Shown: one piece after another, positions 36,589-51,300 of the stretch | Position numbering within the stretch: position 1 is the stretch's first letter | Layout: every line of letters begins with the position of its first letter | Source: Setoptus koraiensis | Taxonomy: Eukaryota; Animalia; Arthropoda | NCBI GenBank assembly: GCA_048013815.1 | Contig: CM106586.1 | Span: forward strand, 4,278,001-4,342,000 | Direction of reading: 5' to 3' | DNA length: 64,000 nt | Notes under the pieces: generated by a model | What the model was told of the DNA's origin: nothing | What the model saw: the letters and a program-made list of their open reading frames with translations, nothing else | Databases searched by the model: none | Position numbers and translations under genes: made by a program

Positions 36589-37620
36589 CTAATGGCGCGA
36601 TTATGCCAGCGATGCCAGTAATAGGAGAGGGGAGCACGAGAGGGAGAGAAAGGGAGCGAGAGAGAGAGAGTAAATAGGAAAATGTTGTTTTATTATTGTT
36701 GTCTCTGTATAATAACCGGCGAGCATCATATTTTCATAAGTATAAGTATAAGTATGCGGATAAATATGTGCTCGTGTTATTACTGGGCGCGGCTTTTGGG
36801 GCCCCAAATAATAACGCGGCACCAAATGGCCAAGATGACAGAGTTTAGTTGCGGCCATCTAGCGGCAGTTGGGGCGCCAGTGGCAGCCATCCAGGGCTAG
36901 CTTTCACGCGTTAGTTGCCCAAATGTCACTACTATCGCTCAAATCTGCTTACTAGTCCAGATTAGCTGCGCCAGCGAGCCGGTTGGGGATGGGGGAGAGG
37001 GGAGTGGCAGTTGCGCTTCTACTAAGTGAATTTTTAGGTTCGGTTGCACGAGCAGCAAGCCAGCGAGTCAGTGGTTTAGGCTTGTGAGCCAGTTCAGCGT
37101 AAGAAGTTGAGCCTAATCTTGGTCTTAGGGGACAATGGGGGCCGCTGCCGCTGCCGTCGCCGTCGCTGCCGCCGCCGGGGTGCTTGCACGGGCCATAAAC
37201 CAGGGGGAAGTGAACACATGAATTGCGTTAAGTTAAACTCGTGTCACGTTGTTTTTGCGCCCGGCTCGTGTTAGTGCCAACAACAGCTGATGATGACGAA
37301 ACTAGCTTGCCATGTCTCATCATTTTTCAATGGAGCTCACATTTACTCATATTATACAACCAATATTGTATCGCATATAATACACTGACAGTGTGTAAAC
37401 ATATATATTTATGATATTAATGAATGTAACAACAACAACAACGACAGCAACAGCGACAACAACACAGTGCGTATTTACTTTGCATGCTCGCCCAACTTCA
37501 ACCTGGCGCAAGTTGCGCAAGGCAAGCTTCTGTTTTTTTCTATTTGTTCTTTCTGGTCGCCTATTTCCTTTGTTGTCCGCGCTGCCACCAGCGACGCTGT
37601 TGATGAGCACGGACAAGCTC

Positions 37621-37673
37621 GCCAACTAGCTTGCCAACTGGCTTGCCGACTGGCTTGCCGACTGGCTTGCCAG
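37621..37673. repeat. 12-bp tandem repeat (GCCRACTGGCTT) x4
   Basis: Read directly from the sequence. Confidence 0.8.
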
Positions 37674-38583
37674 GCGCACTGACAACTGGCGGCCAAATGA
37701 TACACTTTTAACAGATATAGGCACCTGGTTGGTGGTTAGTTTTTGTTTTCGTCGTCATCGGATCAGGCGGCGCAAAAAGTTTTTGGTGTCCGTTGTAACA
37801 ACTCTTAAAACAACAACAACAACAACAACTGTTTACTTGCAGGTGATGAGGCGAGCCGGCCCGCGCCGACGTTCGCGGGCCGGCTCCGGCCAGATCGGTG
37901 TGATAGAGATAAGGGATAAATTATGGCCGCGCCATTCATCTTTCATTGGATTTCTACTCACACAAGCGTGCAATGTGTCATCCAATCCAATGAATTTGTT
38001 GGACCAAACTAACTCGCGACAACTCTTTCACATATCAAAATAAGAGCACATGCGGAAATGTGCACACATGGAGCCTCTATGATGGAGGACAGGCCACACA
38101 AATAGAGACACTCGGGCCAACATAGAAAGATGGGAGATGGGGCCAGTTGGGAGGCCGCTTGGGAGAGCAGGCCGGACAAAGCTGGACAAATGGCGATGCT
38201 AAAATGGGCGCCCGTTTGAATGGGCGCCAGATAAGCGGCTTTAATGGGCCCGGCGCGGAGCTAAGCCGATGACAGAACGAGGAGGAGCGAAGGGCGCAGC
38301 TTTAAATAGAGCCGACCGACCGGCCGGCCAAGTCGGGCCGGACCGGACCGAGCTGGCCGAGCTCGCTGGACGCACAGATAAAGGCGCCGCGGCACAATGG
38401 CGAACCGGTTGTACGTAGTCGTAGATGTCGATTTAGATATTAGGACGAATGGGGCCAATCGATTGGCCAGTTGATACATATACATCCCGTCTGTGGGCAT
38501 ACAATAGTGATGTAATGGAGTCGTGTATCGCCGACACAGCCGCGGACATTATCCGCGACTTGCACGAGCAAATTTCAAAAGAA

Positions 38584-38618
<35 letters not shown>

Positions 38619-41600
38619 GGTGAACGGGGGCCCGAAAGTTGGTTGCATCAATCGCGACGAGAGCTCGCTGGGCAATGGGCAGGCACAATGGCCGCGGACG
38701 GAAGGGGACCCCATATAGAAATTTAATTGACATGTGTAGTTGATGACAGGGTAATTGACAGAAGTTGAATTGAGTTGGCGCTGCTACTTGGATGGCGCCA
38801 CTCAATTGCATTACCACTAGTGTGTAACTATTCCGGTCAGACTATTGAATACTCATGACGATGATGGCCACGATGACCATGACGGCCACGATGACGATGA
38901 CGATGATGATATAGTGGCACACTACTGCTGAGCGAATGGCGGGCCGGGGTCCCGTTGGGGCCCCGGCTCGGCCAAGCGGCTCGGCGGGGCCTATTCGATC
39001 GGGGGCCCAATCATGGAATGCGGGCCGCATTAGTCACCAGGGGCGGCAACCTTGAACTTGTGACTGTTGTGGCAAGTGTTTCTTTTGTCAACATGTTCTT
39101 TGGGTTCTCTTGGCCCATGTTACATGATGGGAGCGCTCGAGGGGAGCCCCAGTGGAGTTTGTGAGTGGATGGGGGCCTTTGGCTTTGATTGCTAACAAAG
39201 TGCATCCTCCCCCTACCCTCTCCTTTGCTCTCTTCCCTACTCTCTCCTCTATCCGCTCCCCTGCTCCCTTCTCTACCCGCTCCCCTGCTGGCTCCCCACA
39301 CGCACTGGACACTAGGCCCCGCAAGCCAGCTCGGCGGGCCATTATTCAGCGCTGCGTGACCGTTATCTTATTATGGCCCGGTTTTGGTCTGAGTGGATCC
39401 AGTGTGGCGTGAAGGAACGGGCACGGGTTGTTGAATATCTCGGAGCGGCGGCGACGGCGGCAGTAATATTCATCAGCGTTTATTCAACATTTGCCACACT
39501 GCAACTTTTATCCCACGCGCCGACAGCCGGCCTCATTTGGCCGGCTGTCCGCGCGTGGGGCCAGCCGAATGAGGCCCCGAAATTCTTGTGGCGCGCAGAA
39601 TTATGGTCGCCATAATTGTGCGCAAGCTGGACATATGTTTCTATATGCGCTGTACGCTCAAGTGGTCGCCAGATAATCGCCAGATACCCTCAAACAAACA
39701 GGGACAGATCCGAGGCCAGATAAGTTGTGGCGCGGCAGTTGTTGAAATAAAATTATCAATATTACTGTCCGCAACATGGCCGAAATCGCTGTGACAAGTG
39801 ACGACAATTACGACCATGACGATTATGACGATAATGAGCCCTCGACACACAGCCTCTGGCACGACTCGTCGCCGGCAAGCCGGACAATGAGAAAAAATAA
39901 GAAACTCCACTCCATACAGTCACAACATAATTTATGGCTGCACAAAAGCGATCTCAAACGTGGCCAGTTTCACGGGCCCCAAAAGCATATGAAAAAACGC
40001 TTAATTATTGTCGTGTGTGTGTGTGTGTGTGTGTTTTTAGTGTTCATGTTTATACACGGCAACTTATTTCGGCCGATGCGCTCGCGCAAATATCCGCTGC
40101 TTGCATGATTAGTCGCACACTGCCAGATAATGACCGTTATTTTCCCACTATTTTGCTTCATTTTTCAACCATTGGCGCCACAATTCGATGATTAATTATC
40201 ACCATATACGGTGGGGCCCCGGCAGCGTTGTCACACATGCCATGGCTCGTTGTGAACGTGCTATTTGGCCGCTAAACTAGCACGTGGATGCAATGCAAAT
40301 GCAGTGTCAATGTGATGCGTTTTTTTTTCTTCTGGCCGGACCATTTTGTTCAGACCACCATTAATGCCGGCACACTGCGCTGAATGGGGTCCACTAGAGC
40401 GCCATTCAGTGGACTTTATTAACTGAATAGTCGGATGCAGCGTTTGTTTGTTTAATTGTTTTTTTCACTCATCATGTCCACTATGTATTTTTGCGCATAT
40501 GCACGCGGCCAGAGCTGACCCACTTTCAGCAAGCCAGAGAGCCGATGAAAATTATCAAAAAAATACCTGGAAAAAGCACTCTGTTGCCTGGAATCGCAGC
40601 GAGCGAGTCATATAAAAATCCAGCTATGCAATGAAGCATATCAGCACGTGCAAATTGACACTTTTATGGCACGAAACGGTCGTTAGGTACCGTTGGCTGT
40701 GCACTTTCCGAAGCACCACTCAAATGGGGGCCATTGAATGTTGCTGGCGGTTGTTCGAGCCACACGGAGACTGTCAGTGTTTTGTTTCCTGGTCGCTCCA
40801 TAAGCTATCTCCGAGAATGTCTACGAGGGGCGCTAGTGAAAATTGTTCCGGCAAAGAACAGTCAGAGCTGCCCGAGTGCAACTTGCCGTGCGCGCCCGTT
40901 CAGTCACTCGTATCATTGATTTGATGGATCCCCCGCACGCCGCCTGTCGAAAGGCTGCTCGAAATATCACTGACGGATTGGCATCAAGATAACGATACGA
41001 TAAAATTAGCCCACATGATTGATTTCTTTTCTTTCGAGCCGGCAACACGCAGTCCGCAATAATGCTGCACATCCTGTTCTCACTGGCGCGCCGTAGGAAA
41101 AACCGAAAAACCGAAAAATCGAAAAATCGAAAAATCGAACCGATCCGAACCGAAATTCCGAACAGAGTAACAGTTTTGGAATTTTCATTTAGACTAGAGC
41201 TACTTAGATAAATTACAATTGCATCGTTGGGCCCCACTTGCTCCCACCGGAAATACCCAATTTCGACCTTTTCTGTCACACGGGCTTCGTTTGCATGTGT
41301 TTGTATGCCATATCAGGTCAGAAATTTTCGATCTGGATGTCGATGAAAAACGTCAATTCATGATTCTTTTTTCAAAGATGTTATTTTGAAGAAGCCGGAA
41401 AAGTGCCAACTTGATCCGAATCGAGGATTTCGTTCGCCGAAAAGCGCAACGATGCACAAATCTGACACTTTGGGCAGTTCTGAGCGCCGATTTTGTCGCC
41501 CCCAATGATGAGTGACCCCCCCGTGATGAGTGACCCCCGTGATGGACACACGACAAACCAGAGGATGGCCTTGAATTTTTTGTCTCTCATTTCAAATAAG

Positions 41601-43928
41601 TTGTTTGTGTGTGATAGTGAAACGCAGAAAGAGGTCACCGTGTTTTCTATCGAAAACAATCTATTGCTGCTCGATTTGTGTGCTCAAGGGGCCGACCTTG
41701 GGGCCGCTCACAATGACAAGAGATACAAATAGAAGTTTTTGCATTCAGTGTCTAATTGTGATTCAGTAATCCAATTTTCAGAACATCCTATATAAACAAA
41801 GTGCTCATGTATATTCATCGGCTCTTTGGCCGGTTTTGGTGGCACATCATCGCTGCATCATCACTGTAACATGACAACTGTCCGACTGGCGACTGTTCGT
41901 AGCACCAAAATTAGACCTCATTAGCCGATGTATATGTATATGTGGTGTATGTATAATCCTGGTGCGATGACGATTCGGGCGTTTCGTTCCTATGAGCACG
42001 ACCGATGAGCGTTGCAGCACGATTTTTTCACTCGAGGCCAGTCTTTTTGTCAGCCTCCATGTCACAGGGGGGCCCGTGACAACTCACCGGCCAAAATAGG
42101 ATCGGTATTGTCATTGTGCAGACTGAACACTAGAGCTCGAGAGTCGCCAAGCGGCACTTCAATCTCATTGGGGATACATACAAAATGCCACATCAACTGT
42201 GCACTCATTTCTGTTGGTTAAAGTGGCCTATCCAGAATGTTATTTGCATATTCAGTGTAGTCAGTGTCTGCCAGTGCTGCTGTCAGCAACGACTACTGGT
42301 GGTGAGTACCAGCAAATAGAGTGGAAACAAGGAATTAACTATTATTAATTATTGGCCAGCGCATATTAACGCAGCACTGTCGCGCTTCCATCTGGCCCCA
42401 TCGCGCCAGGCCCCTCGCTAGGCCCCTCGTAATGGGCTCATCAGGCTGTTGGCTGGCTAGCGGGCAGATTCATGATAGGCCGTACGCAAAAGCGACTTTC
42501 ACTTTTGATTTTGTGTGATTTGTCGCGGGCCAATCATTTGTATAGCGGCCCAGCTGCCGTCAATTAGCTTTTGACACGAATGACAGGTGACAGCTATTTC
42601 GGCCAAACAACCAAACGGGGCCCAGCTAGTGGCTAGCTCTGTAATATTAAATCCGGCGCCCATAAGTAACGGATAATAGCGGCCGCTGGCCGATAAGCTC
42701 CATTATGGGCGCGTTGTGTGTCGCGCGTGGCAATATTGTGTGGCCGAGTTTGCACGTGCTCGTTGGAAAATGTCCAAAATAGAGCCGACGAGATGGCTGA
42801 ACGCGGCCTGGCCCCCCGGCCCGCCCGTTTGAGCCTAATTTGCAGTGGCAAATGGCGCCAACAAAAGGCAAGCTCGTGCGGTGAGCATTACATAACTATA
42901 GCCGTTGTCAACATTGTATTATTATCAAGTTACGTCACAATTCATTATATCACTCACCTGTGAGTGCGCGCGTTTTCGATGATGCTGTTAGCTCCATTAA
43001 AGTTGGCGCACTTGGCGCCAGTGTCACTGGTCAAGGCTGGCCAGCGACACACACACACACTGACCAGATTGTGGCCAGAGTGAGGCCAGTGGTTGTTGTT
43101 GTTTGGCACAAGTTAAGTGTGTGTGTGTGTGTGTGTGTGTGTGTTGTCCATATCTCGAGTGGTCAATCTAGGGGTTTATCATCGTGGTCGTTGTCGTCTC
43201 GAAAAACGATAAACCATTATATGTGGCAACTTGTCTGGACGGCCAACAACAACAGCAACAACAACGACAACGACAACAACAACAACAACGACAACAACAA
43301 CTCAAGTGTACACACGCACGCCAATCGTGTGACACGAGCTCGGCGGCCACTTACGCAACACTTGCCAGCACGTGAACTAACAACGCGAAATGACAGTGGA
43401 CACAGGAACTGAAGAGCTGGCGCAATCTTGGGGCGCCTCGCGCGTTGTCGCCATTGCGCCGCGTGTGATCATGGTTGTGTTGGGGCCCCAACAGAACGAT
43501 GATCACACGCCAACGTGACGCAATGGCAGCCAGCGAATGCAAACAGACGGACAAAACTGGCTGTCACCATCAAACAGATGTTACTGGGCCCATTAAGTGT
43601 TGGCCGCCATTACAAACAAGCCACTGGCCTCGTTGTCCGAATTCAACTCACCTGAGACGGGCGACTTTTTTGCAGCTACACAGGCGCGCAGAAAAAAAAA
43701 CTGAGTGACTTTTGAAATTCCAGCGCGCCACACTTGGCTGGCAATTTATTTTGGCCTCGCTCGATGACGTAATATCTCTCTGTTGCCCGCTCTCTCTCTC
43801 TCTCTCTCGATTGCTCCGTTTGGGGGAAGGGGGGAGCCAATATCTCTATCGCTCGATGACGCAATATATCGTCTCTCTAGCGGGCGATTCGCGCCACGCA
43901 CCGCCAATTGCCAGCAGCGCCTCTCTAC

Positions 43929-44003
43929 ATCTGGCCAGCGTATATCTGGCCAGCGTATATCTGGCCAGCGTATATCTGGCCAGCGTATATTTGGCCGGCG
44001 TAT
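43929..44003. repeat. 15-bp tandem repeat (ATCTGGCCAGCGTAT) x5
   Basis: Read directly from the sequence. Confidence 0.9.
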
Positions 44004-44050
44004 AGTCGGCGTACCGGCGCACATAGCGCACGGTATACATAGGCCGATAT

Positions 44051-44104
44051 TGCTGGATATGTGCTGGATATGTGCTGGATATGTGCTGGATATGCGCTGG
44101 ATAT
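44051..44104. repeat. 11-bp tandem repeat (TGCTGGATATG) x5
   Basis: Read directly from the sequence. Confidence 0.9.
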
Positions 44105-45130
44105 CGGGGATTATGCGCGCGGTGAATCGTAAACATTCTGGGAATTGCCAGCTATGACTTATATGACCAGCATGTGAACAGCATGCATATGCAAGCCCCG
44201 GAGGTAATGTCTGCCCGAAATCATGAATATCCGCCAAAATCAAGCGCCAAGCCACTCAGATCGCATCTGGCAGCGCGCATTTAGTCGGTCGCATTTAGGC
44301 CCAAAGGCCTAAGCAGTGTACTTGGCGCGCCCGCGCGGATATTGATATATATTGATGGATATCCGGCCGGGCGGCGCTGGCACCCGTGTGTCAGCAGTGT
44401 CAAACAAATTGTCGCGCACACTTGGCTGATTAAAACAATATACACTCACTGGCAGTGAGTCACTGCACTGAAAATACCCATTATTTAAATATATATATTT
44501 GTACTATTCACCATGAATACCTGGGCCCAAGCGGGCGTCAGCTGACGCTTGGTATGGACTTTGGGGGCCCCATTCAGACGACATTCTCTCAGACAACTTC
44601 GGACTTTTTGCGAATTGTGTGCCGGCGCCAACACGGCCAAAGTGACAACTGAGCAATTTAGAGGCGACTGCAATTTTGGTTACCATTGAGATTTTTGAGA
44701 TTTAACAAACTCACAAACACTATTATGTAATGGGTCAAATTGAATGTTGCCAGACAGCGCCGGCCGACAAAGGGCAGCGCGCGCCAGACACCAGACAGCA
44801 GAGCGGCCACTCAGACAGCAGGCAAAAGCAGACGCCAGACGAGAGGGGCCCCCAGACCCCCAGCCCCCAGCCAGACGCCAGTGCATTAGCGGCCCGGGGC
44901 GGCCGGTTGCTGGATTAGGCGGCGCCCCAAATAAGTCGCACACAAGCCGGCAGACAAGTGTGAATGTGTCGCCGCTGGATGTTTGTCCAGCGGAGATGGA
45001 CAACAAAGATAAGAGCGCTGGCCACTAAAAAGACAATTGGCCAGTATCAAGTGCTGGTCAGCTGAGCGCGCGCCTCCTCCGGCCTGAGTGCCAATCCAAT
45101 AAGGAGGCGCGCGTCTGGCGGCAACCCGAC

Positions 45131-45230
45131 GCGCCGGCCGTCGGTCTGGCAACTCTGTGCGCCGGCCGTCGGTCTGGCAACTCTATGCGCCGGCCGTCGG
45201 TCTAGCAACTCTATGCGCCGGCCGTCGGTC
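45131..45230. repeat. 28-bp tandem repeat (GCGCCGGCCGTCGGTCTGGCAACTCTAT), about 3.5 copies
   Basis: Read directly; the units abut with no unique spacers, so this is not CRISPR-like. Confidence 0.9.
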
Positions 45231-45297
45231 GGGGCGCCCGACGGGCGCGTCAAGGTTACCAGAGGGGCCCCTTCGGCCCGGCCGAGAGGCGCTCTCA

Positions 45298-45385
45298 GTC
45301 GGCGCTCGGTTGGCGCTCGGTCGGCGCTCGGTCGGCGCTCGGTCGGCGCTCGGTCGGCGCTCGGTCGGCGCTCGGTCGGCGCTCG
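45298..45385. repeat. 11-bp tandem repeat (GTCGGCGCTCG) x8
   Basis: Read directly from the sequence. Confidence 0.9.
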
Positions 45386-48300
45386 ACGGGCTGGCGACAG
45401 CGATTCGCGCAACCAACAACCAGCTGCCAACGCGATGACGAACGCGCCCGATAGAAGGGGCCAGATTGGCGGCGCTGATAGCGACGTGGCAGCGACAATT
45501 TATCATCGGCCAATCTCGCCGTGAGCGTGCGTGTGTGTGTGTGTGAATTATGAATCACAAAATTATTAATACAACTGCCACTGGGCCACTGGCCGGCCAG
45601 CCAGCTAACTAGCCACTCGGCGGCTGCAGCTAGCGGGCTTCGGAGTGGCCCCAAAGTGGCGGCCTCAAAATGGCTTCGCAGCGAGCAGCTGTGCGCGGCA
45701 ACAATGGCGCCCCTAGATGAAGAAACGGCAACTGGCAGCTGCCGAAAAAAACGCAACTAATGACACATAGCGCGGGCCAGTGCAAATTTTGATAAAGAAA
45801 CGGCTCACTGATGGTGCGCCGCTGGCCCCACCGTTCAGCTAATAATGACAAGCGCGCACCGGAAGTGGAAACATCCACTGACCTAGGGTCATTAGAGTGG
45901 CGCATTGTTTCGGCGCCGTGCCATTGTCACACGTGCTGCGGCTTATGCGGCGGCTTGCTCGTGCACACAAGCTTGTGATACATTTGAAATGAGCCAGATA
46001 AAAAGTGAGCCGAGTGCGGACTCATTTTGCAGAATTAACATTCTAGTTGAAACGCAACACACACACACACACACACACCGAGTAAATTCCCGTTTTAGCA
46101 TTCATACTGCGCTATTTATCTCTTTATCCCCCCCCTCCCCATTTCTTGAGCGCTTTTTCTCTGGCTTCCGCGAGCTGGGCCGGCCAGCCGAAACGTCGAT
46201 ATCGGAACCCATAATAAAACTGATAATAATAGTAACAGTGATAATGGCAACAGCGATAATAATAGTAATGATGATGATATTGTACATAAGCCGCGCTTAG
46301 TTGGTATTCGCGCCAGTCTTAATTCGATTTGGCTTGCGCAATATGATGTCGGCGGCCCCCAATATTATGTCGGCGGCCCCATCATGTGTGTGTGTGTGTG
46401 TGTGTGTGCCAGCGACAAAACCAATCAAAATTATCGTCAGCATCACTGGCTGACATGTCAAGGGGGCGCAGCGTCGGCTCAGATTGTTTTACTTAATCTA
46501 ATCTAATACTTAATGATACCATTGGTTACATTATCATCTATTTAGATCCATGATTTATCCGTCTATGCGCGCCCCATGTGAGCGTGTGCGGTTGCCCGTC
46601 GGGTTGGCCGGACGACCGACAGGCGGACGGTCGGTCGGCAACATCGGGCCCATTCAGCTCGATGTTGCCAAATGCCGTACGGCCAAATCGGTCTTAACAA
46701 GACGGACAGACTCAAGGAGCTTAGTGGGCCGCCTGATTTTGGGGCGCCGTCGCTGTCGACGGCAATTCTTTGGGTCCAATTCTTCGTTTGGCAATTGCGC
46801 CGGCCGATCGTTTTCTGGCGCCGATGCTGATCCATTTTGGCCAATGAACGGCACATCAGCGTCGACCATCAACGGCAACAAGCAACAACGAGCACGAAAT
46901 TTTATCTCCTCGCGAAAGACTTCTCGCGTTGTGTACGTGCGTTCGTGTGCGCACCTCCACGTTTGGGTGCTGTTGTCGGTGAATCGAGCAACCACCGCGA
47001 GCCCCAATGAGCTAACAAATATCGGATATAACAAGGGTGGCTCGCGCACCGATGCAAACGCGGAGCGGGCGGGGGGCGATGAAAGACAACGAGACAAGAA
47101 AACCTTTTTGATGGATCGTTTTTGACTCACTAGCTCGCCATCACTTTTCTATCTATCTTATCTATTGAGTAAAGAGAGAGAGAGAGCGCTGTCTGGCGGC
47201 AATATTTAATCTATAGTCCGTGTGTGTTTGACTAGCTGCTTATGGGGCCAGCAACAACAGCAGCATCGGCAGCAACAGCAGCATCGGCAGCAACAGCAAC
47301 AACATCAGCAACAACACAACCTAGCCAGGGGACTTGAGAGCCCGACTGCCAACTGGGGACCCCGTTGGCACAGGAGCGAGGGGCCGCGCCAGGGCGAGCT
47401 CGGTTTGAGTTGGCCACTGGCCCAACGCTCGTGTGTGACAGTGGGGCCGGCACTGGGTGGGGATAATCTTGGCAAAAGATGATCAGCGTTACGTCACACA
47501 CACAAAAAGACAAGCGCAACAGCAATTATGGCCACTGGATTTGGTTCAATCGAGTGGGCGCGAGAAAAATCGATTACAGTTGTTGTTGTGGTTGTTGCGG
47601 TTGTTGCTGTTGATGTTGTGCACATGTCAATATTGTCGATATTCTCCCCTCGGCCGGCCAATATCTATGGGCCAACTGGGCATCTATTCAACTGGGCCCG
47701 GCCCAACGCTGGCGAGCGCCACGCCGACAGGCCCCATTGAAATATCCGTCCGTGTGTCGGTATGCACGGGATGTTGCCGGCGCGCACAAGATCAATTTTG
47801 GCCAGCGCTGACACGGCCCGCCAAAACATCCCTTCGGCCGCACAGGCAGCGATATTTATCCGTATGCGGTGCGGGTGACACCGTGAAATTAACGTAGATA
47901 TTTTTGTTGTCAGTAACGCGAGTTGCTGCTGCTGGCCGATCAATGCATTCGACGAGGCTCCCGTCTATCGGTCTGTCTGTCGGTCTGTCGGTCGGTTTGT
48001 CGGTCGGTCTGTCGGCCGGTTGAGGGCATGACCGAGTGAATTAGTGAGCGGCCATCACTAATCAGTGCGGCGCAAAGCAACGGGCCGCCCAATTGTAACT
48101 GTGGCAACAATAATGACAAAAATAAGCCGATTCAATCTGATTATTGATTATGGCGTGGGGCGCGCCGGGATTCACTGGGGCCCGGCCGGCCGCCCGCGCC
48201 TCGAATTATCCCCTCTGCTCGGCAGCTGTCCGAGCGGCAGGGCGGATTTTGATTTGGCCGACAAATGGAGCCGATGGAGCCGACGGAGTTTGCCGGAATG

Positions 48301-51300
48301 CGGCCCAAACGAGGGCCCGAAAACAACGAGCGGAACAAGGCGCGACGGACTGGCCGCTGACGGGCTCGCTAACGATCAAATAACGGTTACAGTAACAAAT
48401 GAATTATTATTACGTTGCCTTATCGCCCGTTCGCCACCACCACCCCCCCTGCTCCCGAAAACAACGGCTTACCCAAGGCGCGCCGGAACCCCAGTTTCAC
48501 CCCCGACCGGCTGATTATGCAAGTGAACACACATCGCATTTCATTAATTCCACTGTTTTGGCTTACACCATTTTAGCGGCCGGGCGGACGGTCTCGCGAG
48601 AGGCCCAGTGACGGGAGCCCAGTTGCTTGAGTTGCAACAGTAAGTCGTTTGTTTCGGCGAAACGCGGCTCAATCGCGTGCCGTCCGTGCCCGATCCGTCG
48701 ATGGCGGCGACACGCCGACGATAATCAATTCGTTAACCAAAAGCCGATACATACCCGATAACTAACTCAAGGTGAGAACGGGCGGACAGCTGATTGGATG
48801 GATGGATGGCTGGCAGGCTGGTTGGCCCCAAGCTAATGTGCTTGGTTTATGGACAGATATGAAGCGATAGTAATTAGAGTTTTGGGCTCTGCTGTCTGCG
48901 TGCAGCTCGTGCTGCCAAGATAATCGCCGGGCCCCCAGACGCACAGGCACCGAAAAACAGCGACCAGTGCAATATCGGCGCGAAAAAACACCAAAAATGG
49001 CCCCAAGGCTGTGCGCGTCAATTCCCAAAAAGGAGCCATCGCAATCTCGGCAAGTGAGCCTCGAACGCCGACACTATTATACCAAGCCACTGACCATCGT
49101 ATCGTTGCAACAACCACCATGCCAAGCTATGTAAATATATCCGCTGAGCTGATGCTCGGCTGGCCGCACACAATGAGCCCAGATAGAGCCAAGTGTCAAG
49201 GGCGCCATAGAAAAAGCGAAAATCGACGCCGGGCAAATTTCGGATCTGGCAGACGTTTTCGACACTTGCTGTCTACACATTGATGACTGTAATTGCTTGT
49301 CGCTGGCGTCGCAGCACAGCAATCGCCAGTAACAGTGTCAATCTGATATATGATGATTGGGATTGGGGCCAGCGGAATCGGTTATAAATCATGTGAGAAG
49401 TTTGCCTCCCTCGGTGGATAGGTGAAAATCGCGCGGATGCGTTGAACAAATACAGCCTTCGGTCGACTCAATTAAACCGGGCCTCGAAATCGACAACTGA
49501 GCAGACTCAGTCGGAATTCGACCGCCTGACTGCGACTTTTTTGGGATCTACAAATATTATTTGTCTCTGAAAATCACTTGTTTATTTCGGAACATCATTC
49601 GAATCTATCATATTGCTAGTTTCGCAGTGAGGGGAATAAATTTCGGTTGAAAGGGCCTAACTTCGTGCTCCGAAACGAGAAAAAGCGCCCAATTCGGTGT
49701 CTGGGAGAAAAGCGTAAACGTCTCGAACGACTCATTCATGTATGGCTTGCTCCGAGACTAATTTCGAGACTTTTCACCCGGCCAGGAATAAATCGGGGAT
49801 AAATAGGGCACTCTGGCTGGGGCCCCACCGACGATCTATCTTCGGCAACTGCAAATAGCGCCAGGTTAGCTGGCAGCGGCGCGGATATTGTTGCAAGTTG
49901 CAACAACAAATTGATGCATTTCGGTTGCATTGGTGGGGCTAGTTTGGCCAATTCAGTTCGCGCTAAATTCGCCTTCTGCTTCGCCAGCAAGCAGCCGATG
50001 TGCAGCAGTGATCGATCATGTAGCTTGTCGCCAATGTCGATAATGAATTTCGTGAGCGATAGCGAAATTTGTTTTGTTTTGTTTTTTTTTTTCGCGGGCG
50101 ATTGGGGCCGGTTGGGCTGGTCTTGGTGGCGCAATGCAGTTTTCAAGTAGCGCTGGCTCAATGAAAAACAAACAGCCTCGACGCGCTGTCGCTGTCATCG
50201 CGCGAAATGGTGGATTTTTGATGTTTGGCGCACGGAAAATGTTTCTCGTTTCTTGTTGCGGGCCCGACCGATCTCGAAACATTGCACCCCCATCGGGCCC
50301 GATAAAAGCGGCAACACACACACTAATGTATTTAATCGCCAGTAGCGAGTTAAATACTGCTGATGCAGAAAAGGTATTCCATGATAGAATCGGTTTTGGA
50401 CCGCTTTTAGTTGTCGGTGGCGAGCTGGCGCAGCGAGATAGTGGCTCGCGCCAATCATATAAGTAATAAGTGATAATCCCCAAAAGCCGGCGCAGCTCAG
50501 ACGCAGCCGATTGGCTAGACAACTGAGTAACTTGAGGGAAAAAATGAGCGCCGGAAAGCTGATTGGATTCAGCTGGCCGCAAGCTAATGAGCGTGCTCAT
50601 GGAGTAATTAGAGATTTGGCTGTTGCTTTCGGGGGTGGGGGCTCGTACTGGCACGGGTGTGCAAGATGATGCACCGTGGACGGCCCCAAAAGCGAGAAAC
50701 ATCAGCGACCTGTATAAACAGGACGAGAGAAAAAAACACACACACCAAATGAAGCCCCAGGCTCCGCATCAATTTTCAAATTGCTACATCGCTCACAATT
50801 GGGCCCCCAAGAACGCGAGCAAGCAACGGAGTGGGCCCGAAAAAGTCCAAAGTTGACATTTGAGATTATAGATAGGGTAGCGGCAACAGGGCCCAGAGGC
50901 TGTATCCAGTTTGGCCAGTTTGGCATGCAAGTTCATGCTTGAGGAACTCACTTTGGGGGTGTTTTATGTAAATGATTCGCGCTGTGAAATGAGTAAATGT
51001 TTGCTTGCCGCTGCTGCTGCTGATATAAATACACAGGCAGAAGAGAGAGAGAGATGCACCTAAAACAAAAACAACAACACCGCCGGCAACAACAACAACA
51101 ACCAAGCCACTGCAGCAAGTAATTAATGTGGCTCGGAGGCGCCCCCGCTCGCATGGCCATAAACAAGCGCCACTAAAATGGAGAGGTAATCAGAGAGAAG
51201 ACACCTTTGTGATTTTTATCTCGGCTCATTTACATACGCTGCAACATTGTTTTATTACTGCCATTATTGCACAGCAGGGGCGCCATGGTGGCGATTGTTA

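Noticed and set aside
45131-45385. CRISPR-like appearance of 28-bp repeats
   Set aside because: The units are contiguous with no unique spacers, there are no cas genes, and the context is eukaryotic.
50016-50741. 241-aa ORF
   Set aside because: No recognisable motif, TTG start, and it sits in GC-rich non-coding texture where ORFs of this length arise by chance.
50866-50910. YSLWALLPLPYL, resembling the Dop2R TM1 start
   Set aside because: An in-frame stop follows immediately, with no GN motif.
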